In this document: one piece after another, positions 48,564 through 59,428 of the stretch
Layout of the letters: every line of letters begins with the position of its first letter
How positions within the stretch are numbered: position 1 is the first letter of the stretch
From: Spirochaetia bacterium
Lineage (GTDB): Bacteria; Spirochaetota; Spirochaetia; CAKZLE01
Assembly (NCBI GenBank): GCA_963677595.1
Contig: OY782041.1
Span: forward strand, 384,001-448,000
Length of the DNA: 64,000 nt
Direction of reading: 5' to 3'
Notes under the pieces: model-generated
What the model was told of the DNA's origin: nothing
Database searches by the model: none
Seen by the model: the letters and a program-made list of their open reading frames with translations, nothing else
Translations under genes and position numbers: made by a program

Positions 48564-48703
48564 ACTTACGAGTAAATTATACTCATATAATGAGATAAAT
48601 CAACTTAAATTTTCTACCATGATTTTTCTATCGGTTACTATCATATGCACGCTTTAAATAGCTATGTCAAAAACGGGGCGTGTCTTACTCAAACAGGTTG
48701 AAT
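48564..48703 (-). promoter_or_regulatory. CRISPR leader
   Basis: AT-rich stretch between cas2 and the first intact repeat. Confidence 0.7.
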
Positions 48704-49907
<1,204 letters not shown>

Positions 49908-49917
49908 GTTTGCTTTC

Positions 49918-50580
49918 CTAAGATATCCCTGCTAGTGACAGGAGACCGAACCCAAACCCTTTAGCACGCCCAAACCCATTCACGAGGCCTTCAATCGCAA
50001 GTTCAGGGTTGTTGATACGTATGATCCCATCAAATAGGACCCCACCGATTTCTAACCTGCTCTTCTGACTGGTGCCCAGTTTCCGTATCACGGTAACAGG
50101 TTCTCTGATACATTCCAGAGTCTGAAGTGTGATCTGTAACGCCCCGAATTTTCGCTTCATCCAATCATGACATTCATTCTCATCCTTCAAGGCCACTCTT
50201 GTTCCCCTCCTCCCATATTGACCTGAAGGGATACTCTTTGTCGGATTGGCTCGCAACCGAAATCGATAAGACTTATATCTCTCCAGATTGATTGTTAATC
50301 TCTTAGTTTCAATCGTTCCGCATGAAGAAAGTAGAGAATCAGTATTAATTCTAGCATCATATCCATGCTGGATTAGAAGCGTGGGGACAACCCGTTGATA
50401 ACTATCCAAAGCAACTTCCATACGATAAAGAACTCTATTCTCAGTTCTTGTATCACCTACTAGTCTGTATACGGCTTGATGCACTAGATATGGGTCAGAA
50501 GCCAACTTGATTGTCATAGGATATGCCGGAAGCAGCTGTACCCTTGTTAGACCTATTTGACATGTATATGTATTCAGCAT
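49918..50580 (-). CDS. cas6e: Cas6e (Cse3/CasE)
   Basis: PYLVHQAVY, FRLRANPT, GFGRAKGFGFGLLSL Gly-rich loop. Confidence 0.93.
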   Translation of the reverse strand: MLNTYTCQIGLTRVQLLPAYPMTIKLASDPYLVHQAVYRLVGDTRTENRVLYRMEVALDSYQRVVPTLLIQHGYDARINTDSLLSSCGTIETKRLTINLERYKSYRFRLRANPTKSIPSGQYGRRGTRVALKDENECHDWMKRKFGALQITLQTLECIREPVTVIRKLGTSQKSRLEIGGVLFDGIIRINNPELAIEGLVNGFGRAKGFGFGLLSLAGIS

Positions 50581-50595
50581 TATTACCTCTCCACA

Positions 50596-51294
50596 TCATC
50601 CGATGATTTTAACATTCCGATAAATGGTTTTCACATAACGAGTTTTGTATGTCCTCTTATAAATATCAAAAGATCCGGGGATATCTAATCTCGTCTCTCC
50701 TCGCTTCTCTTTATCCGGAACTATAAACCTGACAGATTTACTATCAGATTCATCTAAATCACAATCAAGATCAAGTGTAAGCCTCATCCCAAAGTCACGT
50801 GATATCGGGATCTCTTTCTCTAAGATCTCCTCAGGAGATTTGTTGGTCAGAAACAGGCTTTGCATCTCTGGGTACAAAATCGGACAGGAAGGGACATATG
50901 ATTTTCTCCCAAAGAAGGGTGGATAAACGGGACAGGACAGTGCATCAAATATTCTACGAAGAAGCGTTTCTTCTCCCTCTAAAGCTACATGGAATTCCGC
51001 ATCAGATAAGAAATCCCTATGGATCAACTGATCCTGCTTAGTTCCACTAGCTGTAAGAACCCCTTGAGCAGTCTGAAACTCCTGCTGAAGGATTCCTTCC
51101 CGATCAACACGTACTGTCATCTCCAAGGAGCAGAGAAATGATATATCCTCTGAACGTTCTATTCCCATTGCAGCTGCTATGAGACCAACAATACCAGAGA
51201 AAGTCGGTTCCCGTTCCGTATCACGATACTCAAAACGACTTCGGCTGCCCCATGACTGCATGGGGGCAGCAATGTGTAATAGAATGAATGACAT
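50596..51294 (-). CDS. cas5: Cas5e (CasD)
   Basis: APMQSWG, PTFSGIVGLIAAAMG, FFGRKSYVP. Confidence 0.93.
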   Translation of the reverse strand: MSFILLHIAAPMQSWGSRSRFEYRDTEREPTFSGIVGLIAAAMGIERSEDISFLCSLEMTVRVDREGILQQEFQTAQGVLTASGTKQDQLIHRDFLSDAEFHVALEGEETLLRRIFDALSCPVYPPFFGRKSYVPSCPILYPEMQSLFLTNKSPEEILEKEIPISRDFGMRLTLDLDCDLDESDSKSVRFIVPDKEKRGETRLDIPGSFDIYKRTYKTRYVKTIYRNVKIIG

Positions 51295-51296
51295 AA

Positions 51297-52439
51297 TTAG
51301 TTATTCCACTTTGAACTCTTAGAAGCTACAGCTTTTTCTACTGTTTCCAGAGTCTCCGCTAAAGAACCATCGCTTTTTGAGATAGTGAATCCAGTTTTTA
51401 TTACTGAGTCAGACACACCATAAACTTTAGCTAAAGCTTCCCAATAGTTTATCATAGTTTCGGATGTCACTTCTTCAAGAGATTTATCAGAATGTGATGT
51501 TACAGGTTTTGAGAAAGCACCTGCCAGATTCCACAGTTTACCATCATCCCGTATTAGGACTAAAACAGAGAAAGGTGGATTATGGGCTGCCATGGAATTC
51601 TGCTTACCGGTAGGTATAGACTCGATGAATGATCTAATAAAACCGCCAACCGTTGCTGAGGTAAGATAAGAGTTGAACCCTAGATTGCTGTACAAAGAAG
51701 AAACATCAATATTGGCATACCGATAATGGCAAGACCCATTCATCTCTGTATATCCGATCATCCCAGCTCCAGTCTCATCTTCAGCATTCAGATCATCAAC
51801 TGCGGTGAAGTAATCAATATCCATCGAGACTTTATGAGATGAGATACTATGGGCGACCTGACACGATGCGTCAACATTCAGTGTTTTATCATCTGCAAAC
51901 ATTCGTCCGAACAAAGCAATGTCGGCAGCATAGGCTTTACCTGTATTTGAAAAGATCTTCTTCATTTCTTTTATAATCTTCTTACGAGCTGAATCATTTG
52001 TATTTTCCATTAGCAGTATATCTTTGTTTACCACCAACTGACTTACAAGTTCTTGGATATCCTGCTCTCCTATATATAGAAGATACTCCGTATCTGTCTT
52101 TTTTTTAATCTTCACGCCAATAATCTCAGTAATGCTTATCTCACTTAATTTCACAGCTTCTTCTTCATCCAATGCAAATGAGGATACCAGTTGCTGTATG
52201 ATCTCACCCATGATCTTCTTTGTTCTGATTCCGGTATCACCACCAGCACCTTTCACTGTTTCAGTAAATACAGGATTGGTTCTAATTGCTCGTTTCCATG
52301 CCTGACTACTGATTCTAGCTCTCCGTACTCCTCCAAACACACAGTCCTTGGGACTCCCGACATCATCTCGATTCAGGTTGTTTGTTGTAAAATTCTGAAT
52401 TGCATGAATCTCAACATATAATCTTCTTTCATTTGCCAT
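51297..52439 (-). CDS. cas7: Cas7e (Cse4/CasC)
   Basis: NLNRDDVGSPK, RARISSQAWKR, DIALFGRM, DYFTAVDD, PTGKQNS. Confidence 0.95.
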   Translation of the reverse strand: MANERRLYVEIHAIQNFTTNNLNRDDVGSPKDCVFGGVRRARISSQAWKRAIRTNPVFTETVKGAGGDTGIRTKKIMGEIIQQLVSSFALDEEEAVKLSEISITEIIGVKIKKKTDTEYLLYIGEQDIQELVSQLVVNKDILLMENTNDSARKKIIKEMKKIFSNTGKAYAADIALFGRMFADDKTLNVDASCQVAHSISSHKVSMDIDYFTAVDDLNAEDETGAGMIGYTEMNGSCHYRYANIDVSSLYSNLGFNSYLTSATVGGFIRSFIESIPTGKQNSMAAHNPPFSVLVLIRDDGKLWNLAGAFSKPVTSHSDKSLEEVTSETMINYWEALAKVYGVSDSVIKTGFTISKSDGSLAETLETVEKAVASKSSKWNN

Positions 52440-52461
52440 AGTGTAATCCTCCAATGTGATT

Positions 52462-53073
52462 TTATCCTCTGTAGAAATCAGAAACCCAACGCTTCTGTAC
52501 CGAATTATCCTCGTTTGTCCAAAATGCGATATCCATCGCTAACGCCTCATAGTCCTTGAAGGACATCGGAGTAGTTGTTTTAGATATCCGTTGGACAATC
52601 CCACGCAAACGCCTGCCTAAAAAATCCATCTCCGTAGAGATTATTGTCTTCAATAACCGTTCTGTGCTTGAGATTTTATCATTACCTGAAGGATCAGCAT
52701 GCATCTTCTCTTCCAACTCCAGTTGATGCAATTTTGCTCCAATAGACGAACCATACTTTCCCTCAATCTCAGTTTGATCAGTATTTCTAGCCGGCCCAAC
52801 AGAAGGGGGGAACATGCTATATACCTGTGCAATTATCAACGCCTCTTCAATATATAGAGATTTCCTTGATCTACTACTGACTGGCAGGTGTGGAATAATA
52901 TAGGGATAAGCAGAGACTTCAAATACCCCTCCCCTTATCGAATTCCTTAATTGTGCAAAAGCCCCTGTATCACCTCGATTTCCAAACTCAGATGAATTCT
53001 TTGGTTGGAGCTTCCATAACTCAAAAACGAGTTTCTTTGGCCAAGGTATCTTTTTCTGTCCTGTATCGACCAT
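52462..53073 (-). CDS. cse2: Cas11 (Cse2/CasB)
   Basis: Located between cas8e and cas7; GAFAQLR, ERLL, DYEALA, RWVSDFY. Confidence 0.8.
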   Translation of the reverse strand: MVDTGQKKIPWPKKLVFELWKLQPKNSSEFGNRGDTGAFAQLRNSIRGGVFEVSAYPYIIPHLPVSSRSRKSLYIEEALIIAQVYSMFPPSVGPARNTDQTEIEGKYGSSIGAKLHQLELEEKMHADPSGNDKISSTERLLKTIISTEMDFLGRRLRGIVQRISKTTTPMSFKDYEALAMDIAFWTNEDNSVQKRWVSDFYRG

Positions 53074-53077
53074 GTTC

Positions 53078-54703
53078 CTACACCTCCTGCAATAATAGGC
53101 CTAAAGCCTGTTTCTTCTTGTATATACTACGTCTTAAAAACCGTCTTGCTTTCTCTTGTGCTGGAAATAATCGTATATCATTCTTCACGAATTGGTTGAA
53201 AAAACCAGCAATGCTCTCTTCGGCAATCTGAAATACTGTCATCAGAAATTCGTTGCTTTCAGGGTTTGCATCTAAACTATGTATGAACTTTGTAAATGTA
53301 GTTTCTAAAGCAGCCCAATAACAACGAAGAACATAACTATTACGTGCAAATCTGACAGCACTGGAATCTTTACGCGACTTTCCTTGATCTTCCCCTAGTG
53401 CTTCTGCATAGAATCGTTCCAACGTATACTGAATGGTCCCACCCATTTCTTCTGCTAATTCCAGATTTGTTTTTATGAATTGTATGAGTTGCGGATTCTG
53501 GCCATCCACCAAATGCATCGGTAAGTTCAATGACTCCTTACGCCATAGAAGAGGTTTTGCTTTATCATTAGCCAGTGCCATAACAGAGACAGATCGCCAA
53601 TTTGAAAGATCTTTGTAATATTTTCGATAAGAGTTATAGATCCGTATCGATTGAGGAGAGATATAGGCTCTATTCTGCTTCTGGGAGACTGCACCTATCA
53701 ATGCTCCGATATCTCTCCATACCGCTCTCTCAGGGGCTAGACTCACCACATGGTATTCCTGTTTCTTTAGATCTTTGCCTTTGGATGTCCAGGGCTCATC
53801 CATGACATCCTGTACCACACCTTGAGCAATAGCAATACACTCAATACTAGCAGCAGATCCATTTGATAAATTGGGAATCAGACGAACATATCTTGACCAT
53901 GGAAGAAACATCTCAAGGAATGAAGGGTTAAGTGGATTACCTTCTCGCCCAGCATGCGGTAGCCTCGTAAAATCTGCAGGCAGATTCTGGGCCCAAGGAG
54001 GGTTGCCAAGGTTTTGAATAGACCTTGTATTACCTACTATCCGAAATTTCTTCGGGATCGTATTGAATAGGATTGTTTCAAATAGTGAATCCCCATCAAC
54101 TAATGTAGGCATTCCTGCAACCAATGAGGCATGATTGTAACTTTTCTGAAGACCAAGATAGTTCGTTGTTTTTTTATTTAGACCTCCTAAAGAAAAGAAC
54201 TGCGACGTTACCAGCAATCGAGCTGATTCTTGTGGACTATATGATTTTATATGCGTATCGAGTCTATGGGAGAAAAGCGTTTTATTGTTACCAGAAGCTT
54301 CAGCTAGATCTAACGTGACTAAGGGAACAGGTCTCTCATCCCCTGTTTTTGTATCTATATTCTTCAAACCCGGTATTTGCCAGAATGGATATTTTGGATG
54401 AAACAGGTAGAATCGATCTTTCCATGGAGATTCTTCAAAATACTCCTTAAGGAGTCTCTCATCAAAATGGTATAAGGTGAATCTCTCTTTCCAATCCTTC
54501 TCATCCTTAATATCACCAAACATATGCTGTACGAGCCCTACCAGCATCCGAAGTATACTGATTGATTCCAACGGGGAGTTCAACTCTAACTCTTTGATCT
54601 CATGTGCATCCTTCAACAGATTAGATAATCCGCATGAGATTGATGAGCCATCTTTATAAACCACGGGAATCCAGGGTTCATAACGTAAATCATACATGTC
54701 CAT
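53078..54703 (-). CDS. cas8e: Cas8e (Cse1/CasA)
   Basis: YDLRYEPWIPV, RFYLFHPKYPFWQ, ASGNNKTLF, GDSLFETI, ERAVWRD. Confidence 0.92.
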   Translation of the reverse strand: MDMYDLRYEPWIPVVYKDGSSISCGLSNLLKDAHEIKELELNSPLESISILRMLVGLVQHMFGDIKDEKDWKERFTLYHFDERLLKEYFEESPWKDRFYLFHPKYPFWQIPGLKNIDTKTGDERPVPLVTLDLAEASGNNKTLFSHRLDTHIKSYSPQESARLLVTSQFFSLGGLNKKTTNYLGLQKSYNHASLVAGMPTLVDGDSLFETILFNTIPKKFRIVGNTRSIQNLGNPPWAQNLPADFTRLPHAGREGNPLNPSFLEMFLPWSRYVRLIPNLSNGSAASIECIAIAQGVVQDVMDEPWTSKGKDLKKQEYHVVSLAPERAVWRDIGALIGAVSQKQNRAYISPQSIRIYNSYRKYYKDLSNWRSVSVMALANDKAKPLLWRKESLNLPMHLVDGQNPQLIQFIKTNLELAEEMGGTIQYTLERFYAEALGEDQGKSRKDSSAVRFARNSYVLRCYWAALETTFTKFIHSLDANPESNEFLMTVFQIAEESIAGFFNQFVKNDIRLFPAQEKARRFLRRSIYKKKQALGLLLQEV

Positions 54704-54735
54704 ATGCTAAATCCTCCTAAAGATGTAGAACACTT

Positions 54736-56613
54736 TCACATAATCGAGAGTCCTGTTTCGTTACTGTATCTGAAGACAATACCCTCTATCGAGGCTTGTG
54801 AATTAGACAACACGAGAGGACGAGCTCCCGCTAGAAACCAATGAGATTTCCAGACTTCAGGTACTTCCATTGCTAACAGTTTCTTTACAGCATGCGTAGA
54901 AGTAACTTTTACCGAACGATTGATTAGTATCTTAGGATCGGCATTTTCAGAAACGTTCTCGCTCAACAGCACAACATCAATTGACAAGCCTCCGAGTCTC
55001 GTAGCAATTCTTTCATCTTCAAGATCAAAGAACCTATCAGCAAGTAATGTAAGACCTGGGTCATACTCAAAGGCTTGAACAGGACTCAAGGATACATGAT
55101 TTGCTTGATTTCTTTGTGCATATTTGACTCCAAGAGCCTCTTCTTCCCAGAGTTCGAATTGTTCCTTTAGATCAGGAGGTATTGAAATAGTTCTCTCCTC
55201 CTCATCATAGACCATCGCTAACAATGAACTGTCATCTCCAGGCAGCTCGATACTATCTCCACAGGTCTTCAGAGCTTGTAGGCTCTTTGCCAATACAGCT
55301 GGCAGGTATACTGCTGACGGTCCTGATCGGAATCTGAAAGTGGCTTCTTCCGGGATTAAGATGGCCATTACGGGCGTGGCATGAGAATTCCTTTCCCGAG
55401 TATGCCTATGCAGCCGGCCTGCCCGTTGTATCAGCAGGTCAATGGGAGCTAGATCAGAGATAAGGAAATCAAAATCAATATCCAGGCTCTGCTCAAGCAC
55501 CTGAGTCCCAATGATCACAGCTCTCTCGGGTCTATCACTTGATTTAGGCCCCAGCAAGTTGGAAAGGTCCTGTTCCCAAGCATGCCTGTCTTCTCTCGTG
55601 AATCGCGAGTGGGCAAGTAGTACAGGTATCGAGGGATCTATAGTATCTCTTACTCTTTCTGCAACATTCTGGGCATCACTAACTGTATTCAGAATACACC
55701 CTATACAACCCCCCTTTTCCACTTCTGTCAGCAACAGGTCAGTTATTTGATTGTAGAACTCATCATCAGTGATACAAGAATGAATCAAACGGAGGAAGAC
55801 TGGCTTGCCCGGGATATCAGGAATCGGTTCTGATTGAATAAGCTCGTCAGTACACACAGTAATATTCGGACCCGCAAGCAGGTCCATTTTTTCATATTGC
55901 GTATTCCCGGAGTAGGCAGAGATCAAGTCAAGTTTCATTTGAACGGGTAATGTCGCAGATAACAAAACAACAGGGGTCCCTATTGCATGCAGCCAAGAGA
56001 GTAGGTCACAGATGATACTGCTCATATATGAGTCATAGGCATGTATCTCATCAATCACGACGGTCTTGTCAAATAAACCTAACATCCTCACAAACTGGTG
56101 TTTGGTGAGCATGCTAGCAAGCATAATCTGGTCAACCGTCCCAACAGCATTTCTTGCCAGGAGGGCCCGTTTCCGCCCATTGAACCAATCATAAGCCAGG
56201 ACAGTTTCGTCAGACCCGTTTCCTGTTCGCCCCCTAGCTAATAGTGTCTTAAAATCTTCATTCATAAATGATTCAGATTGAGCTAAATGAAACGAGGTCG
56301 GAGAGTCTTGATATAGCCTCTGGAGGAAACTCTTGATCCTTAAGAACATCGCATTGGTTGTTGCCATCGTTGGTAATCCAACATACAATCCCCCAGTCCC
56401 TATCAACCCCTGATTTCTCCTCAAAGCATAGGAATATGCACAGGCTTCCGTTTTTCCAGTTCCTGTTGGGGATTCAACTATAGCCATGTAGGGTTTTTCA
56501 AGCTTACCGGTCATTTCAGCCAGCAGCGTCTGTCCGCTGTTTGGGATCCATGCTGAATCCCCATCCTCTGGGCTGAATAGATCATTAAAAAGAGCTTCTC
56601 TGAGTTTACTCAT
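54736..56613 (-). CDS. cas3: Cas3' helicase (separate ORF)
   Basis: SPTGTGKTE, LPTMATTNAM, VGTVDQ, IDEIHAYD, LSAT, HSRF, TQVLEQSLDID, QRAGRLHRH; ATG at 56613 overlaps the stop of the HD ORF. Confidence 0.9.
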   Translation of the reverse strand: MSKLREALFNDLFSPEDGDSAWIPNSGQTLLAEMTGKLEKPYMAIVESPTGTGKTEACAYSYALRRNQGLIGTGGLYVGLPTMATTNAMFLRIKSFLQRLYQDSPTSFHLAQSESFMNEDFKTLLARGRTGNGSDETVLAYDWFNGRKRALLARNAVGTVDQIMLASMLTKHQFVRMLGLFDKTVVIDEIHAYDSYMSSIICDLLSWLHAIGTPVVLLSATLPVQMKLDLISAYSGNTQYEKMDLLAGPNITVCTDELIQSEPIPDIPGKPVFLRLIHSCITDDEFYNQITDLLLTEVEKGGCIGCILNTVSDAQNVAERVRDTIDPSIPVLLAHSRFTREDRHAWEQDLSNLLGPKSSDRPERAVIIGTQVLEQSLDIDFDFLISDLAPIDLLIQRAGRLHRHTRERNSHATPVMAILIPEEATFRFRSGPSAVYLPAVLAKSLQALKTCGDSIELPGDDSSLLAMVYDEEERTISIPPDLKEQFELWEEEALGVKYAQRNQANHVSLSPVQAFEYDPGLTLLADRFFDLEDERIATRLGGLSIDVVLLSENVSENADPKILINRSVKVTSTHAVKKLLAMEVPEVWKSHWFLAGARPLVLSNSQASIEGIVFRYSNETGLSIM

Positions 56614-57340
56614 GAACCAATCCCACCTCAATAAGAGTCTTACGGATTTGATCCATCCGAATGGTACGATACGCTTTATCGGTTTCTGCTTTGACAGGAA
56701 ACGGGAGGGATGAGCCTATCCAGTCTGCAAGACTGACCAATCCTGCTCCCAGCATTGTCCACTGTGGTGTGATCCATTCCGGATTATCTGGTAAGGGGAA
56801 TATTTGTTCATCTGGGAACCATAAAGCACAAATGGCTTTTACATGATCCATTCGAGCCTGTTCCCATACGTCATGAATTCTATCATCTGCACCTGGTGCA
56901 TAATAATATCCATGATGTGCTGCAGGAATCTGAGCAAACGCACTGATAATATCAGGATCACAATCAGGCCATAGACACCCAAAGAATGCATCTAGAAATT
57001 CCGCAGTATCCTGTCCATGCGAAGAATGTCCGTTAGTCATCAAAGGTCCTGGATAGCCTTGAGAAAAAAGATCTTGTCCTAAAGACTGTACTTTATTTTG
57101 GAAGATAGCTGTTATCTTGCCAATGTCATGCAAAGCAGCAAGACAACATAATGCTTTCTTGCCGGTGTCCTCTTCCTCATAAGGGCGACATAATATATCT
57201 TGCAGTGAGAAAAAGCGACTATCAATCAGAAACTCTGCGGTGAATCCCACATCTATTGAATGATGATACACCGAGTGTATTGTTTCCCAAGAAATCGGTA
57301 TTTCTGAATCAATAGGAGTTTTTGCCCAAAAGATATCCAT
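56606..57340 (-). CDS. cas3: Cas3'' HD nuclease (separate ORF)
   Basis: FWAK, HHSIDV, LHDIGK, FQ, HG, AHHG, LADWIGS. Confidence 0.9.
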   Translation of the reverse strand: MDIFWAKTPIDSEIPISWETIHSVYHHSIDVGFTAEFLIDSRFFSLQDILCRPYEEEDTGKKALCCLAALHDIGKITAIFQNKVQSLGQDLFSQGYPGPLMTNGHSSHGQDTAEFLDAFFGCLWPDCDPDIISAFAQIPAAHHGYYYAPGADDRIHDVWEQARMDHVKAICALWFPDEQIFPLPDNPEWITPQWTMLGAGLVSLADWIGSSLPFPVKAETDKAYRTIRMDQIRKTLIEVGLVHE

Positions 57341-57853
57341 CGTTCACCTGTTTACTGTATTTTATGATAAGACCAACCCCGGCTTTCCGGAAGTAATCTC
57401 AATAATAAACATACATACTATTGTAGTGCATCGGGATGTAGGAAACAACCAAAATATGAAATAATTATAGTGTATTAATTGTGTAATTTATAGAAATACT
57501 TCTACCATATTACTTGCTACAGCACACAATACACAGGGCTAAGGTATATCTTAATCTATAATACACTTTTTAACATTATCGCTTATAACTAACTTGTCAA
57601 ATACAGCTCACATACTCTATTTCTGTGTGTAGTTATAGAAAACCTCTTATAAATTTTCTTCCTACGTTTGCAGCAGCACACTTCATAGGTGTGGTTTTTG
57701 AATGCTGTATAGGGGCTACTTCAACCCCCTTACACATTACCCAGGGGCACCTGAACAACCTCACTTGTCTCAACTTATAGGATTTAGCTGATTCCATACG
57801 AGTATCAGCAGAAATCGACTCATCTATACAGTTTGAATAGACACTACTTACTC

Positions 57854-57882
57854 TTGACGATACTATCTTGACAGGTTATCAT
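57854..57882 (+). promoter_or_regulatory. Promoter of higBA
   Basis: TTGACG, 17-nt spacer, TATCAT. Confidence 0.6.
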
Positions 57883-57888
57883 ATGCAT

Positions 57889-58170
57889 ATGATCATTGGC
57901 TTTGCATCCAAAGAGACAGAGAAGATATGGCTGGGGAAGCTTTCAAAGAAGCTCCCCCAGGATATTCAACAGACAGCTCGACGGAAACTCAGGATGCTGA
58001 ACAATGCTCAAAGGCTTGATGATTTGAAGCTTCCACCCAATAACCGGCTGGAAGTGCTCAAAGGGGATAGGAAGGGATATTTCAGCATACGGATCAATGT
58101 CCAATGGAGAATATGTTTCTCATGGGAACATGGGAATTGTGACCATGTTGAGATAGTGGATTACCACTAG
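57889..58170 (+). CDS. higB: HigB (RelE-superfamily) toxin
   Basis: MIIGFASKETEKIW…ARRKLRML…PPNNRLEVLKGDRKGYFSIRINVQWRICF…IVDYH. Confidence 0.92.
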   Translation: MIIGFASKETEKIWLGKLSKKLPQDIQQTARRKLRMLNNAQRLDDLKLPPNNRLEVLKGDRKGYFSIRINVQWRICFSWEHGNCDHVEIVDYH

Positions 58171-58180
58171 GAGGAATAGA

Positions 58181-58471
58181 ATGGACAGATTACCAAATAT
58201 ACATCCAGGTGAGATACTGCTGGAAGAGTTTCTGAAACCCCTGGAGATAAGTGCTTATAGACTCGCGAAAGACATTAATATCCCACAGACTCGTGTTTCA
58301 CTCATCCTGAAGGGAAAGCGACGAATCACTGCAGATACCGCATTACGACTCTCTGCATTTTTCGGCACTACACCGCAATTCTGGCTAGGCCTCCAAGATG
58401 ATTATGATATCGAAGAAGAAAGAGTTCGCATAGAAAAAGAACTTGCGCTCATAACCAGGATCACTGCCTGA
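58181..58471 (+). CDS. higA: HigA antitoxin (HTH)
   Basis: IHPGEILLEEFLKP…ITADTALRL…FWLGLQ. Confidence 0.95.
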   Translation: MDRLPNIHPGEILLEEFLKPLEISAYRLAKDINIPQTRVSLILKGKRRITADTALRLSAFFGTTPQFWLGLQDDYDIEEERVRIEKELALITRITA

Positions 58472-58580
58472 ATACATATGCCTTGCCCGTAGGCTGGAAT
58501 AGTACGCCGATCTTGACACTCTAAATTTCGCATAGTTTTTACAGCCTTGAGTCCTGCTAATATCTCAAGCCCACCGTATC

Positions 58581-58606
58581 TAAAGGAGTCGATTTCGACT
58601 CCTTTA
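58581..58606. repeat. Perfect 12-bp inverted repeat
   Basis: TAAAGGAGTCGA-TT-TCGACTCCTTTA. Confidence 0.7.
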
Positions 58607-58711
58607 ACCTACGATATCCCATCTGCTAAACCGTGTGTCAGCATAAAACTCATCATACTGGACAATTTCCACAAATTTCGAAAGAATGTGAGGAAAGGAG
58701 TTCATATTGTG

Positions 58712-59428
58712 ATGAAACGAGAACATGTGCTTCAGGGCCGTGAAGATATCTGCAGCTGTATTCGGCAGCATCGGGAGAAGATGAACAACATGCTGCCCCC
58801 AGCCGTCATCTTCGACATCGACTCCACGATCATGAATACTGAACCCCGTAATCAGCGTATTCTTGCGGAATTAGCTTCTGAACACCCCGAGTTCAGGGAT
58901 TATCTGGCACCGCTAGGACGAGATGGCATCGGCTGGAATATCGCCCGAGCACTGGAACGTGAAGGGTTGTCAGACCCTACCCTGCTGGCACTATCCCTGC
59001 GATTCTGGAAAGACCGATTCTTCCATAACGACTATGTCATCTCTGACGAACCATATCCTGAAGCAATCGACTGCGTGAAAGAACTGGAGGAAGAAGGATT
59101 TCATATCCTGCTCGTTACAGGACGTGATGAGCCTGGAATGGGAATCGGGACGAGGGCTCATTTTGCTGAATACGGACTGGAGGAGCGTGAGACGCTTCGC
59201 TTCTTCCTGAAGCCCGACTTCGCTATGAGCGATGTCGATTTCAAAGGGTCATTCTGCACTGACGCGGCACTGCACTACTCGATCACGGCAACGATGGAGA
59301 ACGAGCCGAAGAATGCGAATCTGTTTAACAGAACATTCCCAGACGCACTCCACATCTTCATCGAGACGATCACCTCGCCGGACCCGGAACCGCTTGATAC
59401 CAGCATCATCCGGGCCCGCTGGTGCTAG
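58712..59428 (+). CDS. HAD-superfamily hydrolase
   Basis: IFDIDSTI, VTGR, FK, MENEPKN; start moved to 58712 (RBS AGGAG). Confidence 0.75.
   Translation: MKREHVLQGREDICSCIRQHREKMNNMLPPAVIFDIDSTIMNTEPRNQRILAELASEHPEFRDYLAPLGRDGIGWNIARALEREGLSDPTLLALSLRFWKDRFFHNDYVISDEPYPEAIDCVKELEEEGFHILLVTGRDEPGMGIGTRAHFAEYGLEERETLRFFLKPDFAMSDVDFKGSFCTDAALHYSITATMENEPKNANLFNRTFPDALHIFIETITSPDPEPLDTSIIRARWC

Noticed and set aside
46698-48598. Many overlapping ORFs with repeats such as RFIPAGAGN, VHPRRCGEQ and GSSPQVRGT
   Set aside because: They are translations of the CRISPR repeat, not genes.
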